A stretch of 63,296 nucleotides of DNA, counting the filler, from Hyphochytrium catenoides (lineage: Eukaryota > Protista > Hyphochytriomycota): the NCBI GenBank assembly GCA_900088475.1. It is 15 parts of 15 records of this genome, joined end to end, with 100 filler letters (N's around TTAATTAATTAA, not from the genome) between each part and the next. Parts side by side here need not be neighbours in the genome. Positions count along the whole stretch, not along the records: positions 23,047 to 32,534 come from FLMG01000751.1; positions 32,635 to 36,444 come from FLMG01001445.1; 13 more parts are not named here. One strand, 5' to 3'. A model generated the notes under the pieces. It made no database searches. It saw only the letters and a program-made list of their open reading frames with translations, and was not told where the DNA came from. Positions within the stretch are counted from its first letter, which is position 1; each line of letters begins with the position of its first letter. Below, piece by piece: positions 23,661 through 33,207 of this stretch. A program made the translations under genes and the position numbers.

Positions 23661-26600
23661 CGATTTTATACTCTTGCACCAGTTGCGCCACATCTTTATC
23701 CGTTGAGAGGCGTCAGAGTATTGTTCGGTCCGAACTTTGCCGTGACAGTTCTCGTCACAATGGTAGTGTGAACAGATTACTATCTCCTGTTCTTTGCGAG
23801 CAAGGTACTGTAGTCTCTTGTGAAGGTGTTGTTGGCTGAATGCAAGTGGGCAGTGGCCGTGTTTGTGAACGTAGAAGGTATGGTATCTATTGAAGTCTTG
23901 AGCATCACTGCTGCGAGCACAGACGATGCAGATCGCTTCCTGGGAGCAATGATGATGAGACCAGTAGCCGCTGCTGTCGATGGTGTTGCGAACCATGTCT
24001 CTCTGTAGTCCGCTGCGTGAGCACTGTGCGCAGAATACTAGTCGCTCTGTCTTACACTTGCTTTCCTTATCGCACTTATGTCTACAACCTTTGAAGTATC
24101 CGTGGGGTTTGCAAGTCGTCGGGGATAACCAATAAGATTTGCGATCCAGCATCGTCAACGACTTGAACTCACGTTGAGTCTGCATTGTTACACCGCCGTT
24201 CGTCATGTCAAACTGTTTCTTGAAAATTGTATTGTCGACCGCGAGTTGTGCGAGCTCAAGATATGTTTGCAGGAATTGCTCGTGCGTGGTTTTGAGATCT
24301 GCGTTGATGACGCCTTTTGCTTTACGAGTGTCTGTACCATCGGCAAACTTCATCGAGCGAAGTTTTGGGGCGAGCGGCCACCAACTCTTCGATGTTAGCT
24401 TCGAGTTTAAATTTCCCCGGAGTGATGTCATTACTGCCGTTCGCGAAGAACTGGGTCCTTAAAGGGTCACTGAACTTGCTCAGGAAATCATCGTAGGAGT
24501 CTGCCTTCACGTTGACATATACGCCGTCAGTATCTATGTAAAGTAGTTCGAGGTCTTCCTTTGAGAACGTTGTCATAAGACAATTAAAAATGAAATCGAA
24601 AAGTAACAATTTTGCCATGGACAAGATCCCACTACCTAGATACCGCGGAGTTTTTAAGGTTACCGGAGCTTTGCAGCTGACCATGAGCGAGGTTGCTGAT
24701 AGTTGTTTTACATCGACAACCTGCTTACCCTGTGCTCTCTTCAGAAAGTCTGTGGCATCGCTGACGATGACCTCCTTCGTGTACTTCGACTCGTCCATTA
24801 ACATACGACCGTAGACAGAATTTTGAATGAGTTTATAGTATGCTTTGAGTGACTCCCCTTTTCTGATGAGTTCCTCGTCACCCTTACGTTCACCTTCAAC
24901 GATCATGACTTGGGCTCCACGTCGTTTCTCAGTGTAATAGTCGACGAAATTCTTAAAGACGAGTTCAAACCGCATCGGTAGATCTTCTTCACTCTATTAA
25001 GCGTCACCATGTCGTTCACGAGCAAATATACGAGGACGTAACCAGGTATGACATAGTCCGGTTTGGGGTCAAGAGTTAGCAAGAGCAAGTCTTCTCCCTT
25101 GGTGGGTTTCTTGTTGATGGCGCTTTTTGACGCGGTTCCCAAAGGGTCCGAGATTACTGGGTGGCGCATCCCGCGTAGGTAATACAGGTAGAGTCAGTCT
25201 GTCTTTCCGGTCATCGCTATAGTAAAGGTCGCATTGGACAAGACATGACATGAAGCCACCATCGTCATTAAGATCATTCATGACTCTGCCTGTCGCTTCT
25301 TTCATACATGAGCTTGCGCAAAAGGTCTTTCGCTCGGTCCGTCTTACTGAATGAGATAACGCTCCACTTAAAGTCGTTGCACTGCTTGTGATCCTCTATG
25401 AAGTCGCACATTGCTTCGCCTTTGTCGTCAGTCGGGAATACCAATAGAGGTCTTGCCATGGCCCAAGGATACATCGCATTTGCATCTAAACCAAAGATCT
25501 TGCGGGACTTTGTCGCTTTTGAGTAGTGGTTCAGCACGATGCAGACCCCGCCGTAGATTGACGACCTTATAAAGACAGAAGCTTTCTCGTTTGGGATAGT
25601 ATGAACGGTTGTCTTAAGAAACGAGCGCTTGAAGACATTGTCACCGAGCTGAGAGATCGTCAAATTATTGAGGACCTCGACGCCGCTATCACGAAAGACT
25701 GTATCTCGATAATTTGCAACAGCGTCCATGAGCAACTCGACGTCCTGGAGACAATAGCGTTCGGTGTACGCTTTCATGTTGGGCTTGGGTAATGAGTTCC
25801 ATATCTCGAGGGCTTTGTCTTCTGCGTCGCCCCAAATGCCAATTGGAAAGGTGGTCTCACTAAACTGTGCGGGATCCTTCAAGTAGTTGTAGTTGAACGG
25901 TAGCTTCTCTTTACTGATGCCATTTCTACGGGCAAAGTCCTCCAAAGAACCACCATTTTGCTTAAAGATGTCCATAAAGACGTAGGTAATAGCTCTCTTG
26001 TGCTTCCGGCTGTAAGCGTTCCATTGCAGCTCCAGGATCCCTGACGCTTGATTGACCACTCTCCTGACTTTCTTAATATGGCTCAAGAGAAACGTCATAT
26101 CGTATCTGCCTGAATTATAGCCAAGGACGGGGACGGTGATCTGCCTGTGAAGCAGCTCCTTCTGGAGTTTTCGGTAACGACAGTCATCCCTGCAGTCACT
26201 CGCCTGCTCGCATTCACAGAGATGTTGGTATGCGGCAACTTTAGCAGTTCTCTCCTCCAAGATGTTTGTTAACAAGACGTCGGCAAGGTCGTAATGCAAC
26301 CAGTCAAGAAACCTCCGCCCCACCTCTTTCTTTGTCGGTACCAGAGGGTTAACCTTCGACGTGTTGGTATAGACAAAACTCTGCTGGTAAGAACGCTCCA
26401 GTGCAACTATTATCGTGTGAGGGTGGTGGACCTGTTTGTGATCTAATATCGATTCGATGTCGAAGCAGATGTAGGTCTCGTGCTGATATTGCTTGCCGGT
26501 CAGCTGCTCGTAGACTTTGTGGATTGGAGAGTATATGAGGAGGCCCTTGACGTACTTGGGATTTATAGTGACCGTCCGTCGGTTCTGGCAGGTGTTCAAA

Positions 26601-28618
26601 TGCTTCTGGTAGTCCTTAGGAGATTGCTGATATCGACCAGAACTCTTTCGCTTCCACTTCTTGCCGCAGTAAGGACATTTCGTTTCGCTGCCATAGTTAA
26701 ATATCTTATCTACCAATCCAAAATGACCTTCAGAGTCGTCATCAACCTTTGAATAGTCTAAAAACACGTCGTCAGCTTCCTCATCCGAGAAGGCGTTGCA
26801 AATGACCTCCCAGTGCTTATTGTTGTCCTGGTAACAGATAAAGAGATTGGAGTTTGTTGCCTGGGCGAGGCTCCTTAGCGTCTCATACTCAAATGGGACT
26901 ACTTGCTTTTGACATTGGTCAGTATGAGAGACTTCGCCTCGCTCTTTGGCTCGTTTGTCTGCAAACTCCCGCAGTCTGTTCGGGTCACAAATTATGTCAG
27001 TGAACTCTTCCAGCTCTATAACGTCTAGTATGATAGAGTTAACAAATCGTCCGTCATCAGCTGACGTGCAACCGAAGAAACGGCAACAAAAATCCTGCGC
27101 TGCCAGCTTCTGCAATGGTGACCTGTGTTCTCCCAGTCTAATGTCCTTGTAGAGCTTTTGGTACTTCGCAATCGCAATACACCGGAATGCGCACAAATTG
27201 TCAGCATTATACGGCTGGATAACACCGGGACGCTTCCCCCCTGAACGGTAGCCTTTGTGACCTATCTGTGGGCATCTGAGGACCTTAACAGTGAAGTTCT
27301 TGATTTCGTGAAGTACGCGATTCGACTCGTTTAGCTCCGTATCCATCCACGCCTCCATTGCGTTCTCTAGTGCAGTCGATACTTCTGCGACTGCCTTGGT
27401 AGTGAAGGCTTGGCGGAACACTCCGTTTGGAAAGTTAAATCCTCGTGTCCCAACCTCCGCAGACAGCTGATGGAGCGTCGTCAAGTTGAGTGAGAACTGA
27501 AAGCGAAACGGCGAACCGAGCGACCTTGTGAGGACATGATCGACAATAGGCCTGATTGCTTGTTCTAGATGCTGCTTCCACTCCTTGTAATGTGTACTAG
27601 TTGGGAAAGAGAACGTCATACTGGACATGACCCCTGAGATGGGCTGGCGCAAAGCATCCGTCAGAGATTGGTCAAGCTGTTCTAGAAATGTTTGTGACTG
27701 TAGATCAATGTACGCTGTCGAGTGCAAATGACTTAGAGCAACGAGGAAATCTCTGTCTCGGTTTCCCGTGCTTTCCATTATTCCTTGACCAACAGCATAT
27801 TCAACCAAGTCTGCTGATGTTCTGGAACGATCAGTTGGCGCTTGACATTGGAGGAGTTGGGCTGATACCTCTTGTCGGTACTGTTCTGTGGCCTCCTCTT
27901 CAGAGATATTCTTCTGTCGTATGATCTTTCCGACGTCGTCCTTCTGGTTGTGTCTCATTAGTTCTAGATTGCGTTCAAAGCCGTCAGATCTAACATCATC
28001 GGTCGTCGGAGAGAAGTCCAGCGTGATCTCTTTGGTTTGCTTTAGAAAGTCGATAATGGTGTTCACCGCGTGAGCAAGATCCTCCGGTGAGTCGGTAGAC
28101 ATCTGGAACTTTATCTTATTCATGATGGTTAGCTGATACTTTCCTGGCTGACGATATTTGTGCAGCATTGACAATATACCCCGAGCACAACTCGTTAGCA
28201 ATTTCTTCAGTGTGAAACCCGTAAGAGTTAACAGCGTCTTGGACATTTTGCGCAAGCGGTAGTCGATCACCACCGAAATCCTCTTATAATCTGGTGGGGA
28301 CGTCGCTTTGTCAACCGTGAAACTGTATTGGTCTTTCTGTGCGAGGAAGAATGCTTCGTTGCCAATCCTTCGCGTGGTGTACACCGGTCGGTAGCCTTGC
28401 TCCAGCGCGGCTTTGGTGATAATCTTGGTCGCGATCTTGCCAATCTCACTTTTCTCGTCATCGCTTACTTCTTGGGTGGTTGAAAGTGCATCGATGACTG
28501 CGGCGTCTGTCCTAGGCAGCTCTGCTATGGCTGACGGCACCTTCTTGAGAGCTAGGACTAGCGTAGAGTCCAATTGCAGTGTCTTGCAGAGCTCTATCAA
28601 GCGATGGATCGCCGCCAT
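23371..28618 (-). CDS. Protein-primed family B DNA polymerase (pPolB), about 1750 aa when five single-base frameshifts are corrected, with C-terminal Cys/His domain and HNH nuclease
   Basis: ExoI YICFDIES, ExoII GYNSGRYD, ExoIII YCLQDV and motif A LDANAMYP lie in ORF 25274-28618. Motif B YKLIQNSVYG, motif C YIDTDG and PGKFKLE lie in 24322-24975. KAKGV and the terminal DRKSY..PHGY lie in 23568-24431. Bridging ORFs 25069-25305 and 24903-25169 supply LPVLP and LLLTLDPKPDYV. Confidence 0.92.
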
Positions 28619-28711
28619 TTGGATGTTAAGCGTTGTTGTCGCTATTAAATTCTGTCAGCTTTGATGGATATGCGTATATCAATAGCAGACCAAATCTCTA
28701 ATAGGAAACTT

Positions 28712-29900
28712 ATCTATACGACTCTGATGTGATGCTAGTATTAGGGACGAGTTGATGTGCGTAGAATTTAACGACGTACCTCTCGTTGTGTTTGGCTATT
28801 GTGACTGGCACGCTTGATGGGTACTCATGAAGCACGTACCTGGTGGTTGGATGGTGGGCGATGCTGTAGTAAGGACTTTCCCGATGAAGTACAGTATGTT
28901 GCTGCCTTTGAGTCTGACGAGTGTACCTTCTATCAGTGCTGGTTCTATGGGATTCGTCTTCATAATGATGTTTTTAAAAAGAATACGATAAACAAACTCT
29001 ATGACCGCTAGTCCTTGGTAGCCATCCCAAGGCGCAAAATGAACTGTTGTTGGCACCTGCCGGATCGTACTATGGACTGTCTCGTAATTATAGGCGCCAA
29101 GAATATCATCTAAAGCGTCAAAGTTCCAACGCGAGGCTTCTAGTTTTCTCTTAACGCTCAAGTGGAAGCGTTCAATGATCCCTAGACTGTGGTAGCTGTA
29201 TGTTGTCTGTTGAACCGCATGCCGGCGCATGACCCTCCTTGTAAAGTCGTTCAAAAATTCGCCCCCATTATCACTCAACAATTGCAGGGGCTTCAGCTGG
29301 AATCTGTATTCATCACCCGCTGGCGTCTTGTAAACATTAGGATAGTCTTCCCAAAAACGATGACTGTGATAGAAAGCTGAGCCGTAGCGTTCAAAGAAAT
29401 GTTCGGTCGTACGGAGCGGCACTGCCTCGCTTTGGCTGAACAAATAGTTTAGAATGGCTGCTATGCTTATAGCTTCTTTATTATCGATAATGAACGAATA
29501 TGCATACTTTGAGAAGACGTCATCATGTTAAACAAGTAGAAGTCGTACCTCCTGGTGCTATATTGTGGTGCCGGTATGTAGCGCCAATTAGTCGTTTTGT
29601 GCGATCTGCAAGCTTCTCAAGCTGCTTCCTGTTTGTCGCAGAGACCTCTGTAGGTAGCATCGTTAGGTCGCATTGCGACTTCCGCCAGGGGCCCACGACG
29701 ACGGTAGTATGAATGTTGCATTGTCCTGATAGTATATTGAACGAAGACATCTTCTTTCGAAGGGCTTAATATCTATGCTAGCATGTGTGCTACCGTTTTA
29801 CTTGCAGAGCCGTTTTACTTGCTCAACGTACTAAAACCAAACACTCTTACAGCTGGGTCATGGGGTGAAGCTCGGCATTGTTGGCTGCGGTCTGTTCTGT
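28712..29900 (-). pseudogene. Retroviral-like (rve, DDE) integrase of Polinton/Maverick type, frameshifted
   Basis: D1 is in VVGPWRKSQCDLTM (ORF 29523-29750), followed by YLFNM-DVFSKYAYSFII across shifts, then D2 LLSDNGGEF, E GIIERFH and YNYETVHSTI (ORF 28796-29443). An SH3-like tail GTLVRL..FYAHQL follows, and the N-terminus has DP..FGFSTLSK with a duplicated 13-bp gcaagtaaaacgg. Confidence 0.85.
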
Positions 29901-30965
29901 CTCTAGCTGTAGATGATAAAGAACCAAGTGGATGTATATCACACCTTGACTGTTATATGAGAGGACATATTGGGGAATATAAGGTAAGTTTCACCTACAT
30001 GTAACATCACAATGGGTAAACGAAGATAGTACAATGTTGGTAAAACGGTAGTGGTTGCCATGCGTACCTTCAAAGAAAACAAGACAAACTAGTCCATTTA
30101 CCTGTTTCCCTTTAATTGACGTTCACTTGCAACACTGTAAGATAGGCCAACCGTTCGAGACCGTCTCCTACTCTATTTGAAAAGCCAAGAATAATCCATC
30201 GCAGAATAACCCAGCTGAGCGGTGTCACGTGTGGAGGGTGTAGCTTGTCACTGCGGAGACTCAGATGTCTACCATACCCAGCACTCCTTCGGAGAGCTAT
30301 AGAATGGCAAGACTTATGAGAGAGACAAGACAGTACTTCTCCTTTACGTAAACAACACCGCTTGTGAGGTATGTGCTACTGTAGTATGTAAGAAGAGTGA
30401 GTCAATGGGTTTAGCTAAGTCTTCGCTTCGGCTGGCCAGGCCTCAGCTCCGACAAAGCTCTGCAGAGGAAGACTTCTATGGCGACTCTAAGGACTTTTCT
30501 CTTAGATCGAACTTTATTGACTGATTTACATTGTGAGTAGAAGCAAACCGATCTCAGGAAGAGCGGAGAGAGGAGGAGGGAGAGAAGGATAGAACTAGAA
30601 ATGAGAGCAGCCTCCTTCGTAGCAAGCGCTACGCTGATAGCCAACCATTGGCCCAGGAGACTCGGACTACCCATCCTCGTAAGCTAGTTCCTCTAAAAGC
30701 CGCGGCGCTCTCGCCAGCGCCTTCTCCTATCCACCTCCTGGCCCCAGCGCTAGCTCCAAGAGATAAAGCGAGAGCTTGTAGGTCAGAGGAGTATATGGTA
30801 CTACTACACGGAGTATTCACATATAACAGCTACCGGTGAAACCAATATCCACCATGTGAGTGCGGCCTTTTAGAGACTGGACTACCCTTTCCTTATAAGA
30901 ATAAGCTACAGCTATTGGTCAAATACACCACTAATAACGACTTCCACATTTGATTACCTCTTAGT

Positions 30966-31844
30966 ATGCAGGCGTTCACTTGTAGACGGTGCGGCTACGA
31001 ATCTAAGATAAGGTGTAACTTTGAAAAACACCTCAAAAGGAGAAGCCCCTGCCCTGTCAGCAATGAGGACATTCCGACGGAAGAGCTTCTGGCAGCACTC
31101 CCTCCCAAGATGCAACCACCGCCACTGAAGGAGAAAACCTTTGCCTGTAGATACTGTCATAGACAGAGCAATGACTCCGGCAATCGGTCCAAGCATGAGA
31201 AGATATGCCCCCGCCGACATGAAGAGATCAAGTTGACTAGGCAAGAGCTGGATAAGCTCATTCAGGCTAATAAAAGGACACCCAGTAAGATACTGCGCCG
31301 TACGAGGTTGACATTAGAAGCGTTTGAGAGATACGTAGCCCAAAATGGGCTCGAGCTAGTCCCTTATGAGGACCTAATTTCTGGCAGCGAGTTTCATAAG
31401 GAGTTCGTCTATAAATTATCACCAGACGAGCTGTTTGTCCATGGCTATGAAGGATTGCGTAAGGCAATATGTAGGTACTACACAATAAAGTTTGGCGATT
31501 CAGATGACACCCAGCACAGATGCCTCGTTATGACTAAACCGCAGTACAACAAAAAGCAGATTCATGTCTATACCGCAAAGGGCTGGGAGTTGAGGCATGT
31601 GAATGTAGTCTTATGGGAAGTCATCAAAGAAGCTATTCCACTTATTTTCAACGTTGCGGCTATTCGCCCACATATGATGGCCCGATCCCGGTGTGACTGG
31701 TTGGCCCAGTTGACTGTTGTAGAGTGTGTACAAGACCTGGACAAGTTTCAGAACCGCCGTATCGCTAGGGAGCTAACCAAAGTACTAGCACTGACCATCG
31801 TTGACTACTCCGAGAAGCTGCTGAACAGACTACTTAAGAAGTAA
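30966..31844 (+). CDS. C2H2 zinc-finger protein resembling a family widespread in NCLDVs and Polinton-like viruses, 292 aa
   Basis: N-terminal FTCRRCGY..NFEKHLKRRSPC, a second finger FACRYCHRQ..RSKHEKIC and a C-terminal QHRCLVM..IHVYTAKGWELRHVNVVL; intact and intronless. Confidence 0.75.
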   Translation: MQAFTCRRCGYESKIRCNFEKHLKRRSPCPVSNEDIPTEELLAALPPKMQPPPLKEKTFACRYCHRQSNDSGNRSKHEKICPRRHEEIKLTRQELDKLIQANKRTPSKILRRTRLTLEAFERYVAQNGLELVPYEDLISGSEFHKEFVYKLSPDELFVHGYEGLRKAICRYYTIKFGDSDDTQHRCLVMTKPQYNKKQIHVYTAKGWELRHVNVVLWEVIKEAIPLIFNVAAIRPHMMARSRCDWLAQLTVVECVQDLDKFQNRRIARELTKVLALTIVDYSEKLLNRLLKK

Positions 31845-33207
31845 TTGGGGACCAGCTACCTCCTTTGAGAGTGCCACTGCAAAAAACGATTGCGAAGCAT
31901 TCTGTACTCTCTGCGACTTGTAAGAAGTAAACCATGGTGTCCTTCAATCTTACACCTGATGAATATACTGCACAATGGGCAAATTGAGGTAAGTAGACTC
32001 AGATTTGTGCTTCTAGAACTCTGAATATTTAACCCTGTCCTGATATGCAAGACAAAGCTATTTTGCATGCAACCGGATGACAGAGAGCTTCGCGCTTTTT
32101 TTAATTGTTCAATATCAATACGCTTGTACGCTATTCCTCTTATAAGATTTCCTAAATAAGTGGTGAAGGATTGTCTTCGAACCAGTTATCAAGCACAGGT
32201 AGGTCTTCTGATGGACCAAACTTCTGCTCAGAAACTGTACGCACCTTTCTGGAGGAGCCTTTGATTTTTCTTTCTTGTTTAACTATTTTCATCTTTGTTT
32301 GTTCTCATTCTCTATAAGTTGACAACAGCTGGACTGTACTTTATTCCTCTTAGCGAAATAGACACGGGATGAATTATATCACCAGCTACAGTTTATCATT
32401 TTGATGGGCTAACATCTGCGTGAAGTCTACACTTTCTTCTAAGAGTCTTTCACACATTGGACAAATGGACATATAAATGGTTTGTACTTTACAAATAGTC
32501 CGGCGAAAAACGTGGACAAATAAATTGTAATATANNNNNNNNNNNNNNNNNNNNNNNNNNNNNNNNNNNNNNNNNNNNTTAATTAATTAANNNNNNNNNN
32601 NNNNNNNNNNNNNNNNNNNNNNNNNNNNNNNNNNCAGAGAGACGAGCTCCTTGCATCTCGCTGCTGATGGATATCTGTCGAGCTTCTTTTCTCTGCCTAC
32701 TTTCCGCTCTGGCCCATTCACTACCCTTGAAACCCAGGAGGTGGGAACTAGCTTGTGGGCCTTTTCCATTTTTACCTCGCTGCGTCCTCTCTTTCTTTCT
32801 CTCTCTCTCTTTCTCTGTCTCAGTCCAGTTTCGTTTTTGAGCTCTTTGTCTCTTCCATTCTCTCAGGCTCACTCTCTCTCTCTCTTGTCTCTTTTAGCAG
32901 CTGGACGCACAGTGGACGATTGCACTTGAGTTCCCAATCTGAAGCGTCAACCTCTGACACTCTGTGTCTCTTCTCTTTTCCTGTCTGTTTGTTAGCGTTA
33001 TAGGATGGCCATAGAGAGAAAGAGAAAGAGCTTCATAGCCTCCCAAGACCTTTGAGGAGGCTTGAACAAGCAGCAGAGAGAAGGCGAGGCTAATATTCTA
33101 GAAGAAGTAAGGGAGAAAGACGAAAGGCGAAAAGAGGATAAGAGAGAGAGAGATAGAAAAGGAGAGTAAGAAGGTTATTTTCTCTCTTTCCTTGCAGTCA
33201 GAGAGCC

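Larger units (their letters stand above)
23047..32534. mobile_element. Polinton/Maverick-like endogenous viral element (partial; contig ends at gaps)
   Basis: A co-oriented rve integrase and protein-primed PolB plus an NCLDV-type zinc-finger gene, in intronless, nearly microsatellite-free DNA unlike the repeat-rich host contigs. Confidence 0.88.

Noticed and set aside
23371-25305. Separate small genes or spliceosomal introns explaining the split pPolB ORFs
   Set aside because: The fragments are contiguous parts of one polymerase joined by single-base shifts, and the second copy is collinear.
31856-32470. Additional viral gene on the minus strand (MSICPMCERLL...)
   Set aside because: Multiple stops and no identifiable motif; at most a decayed ORF.
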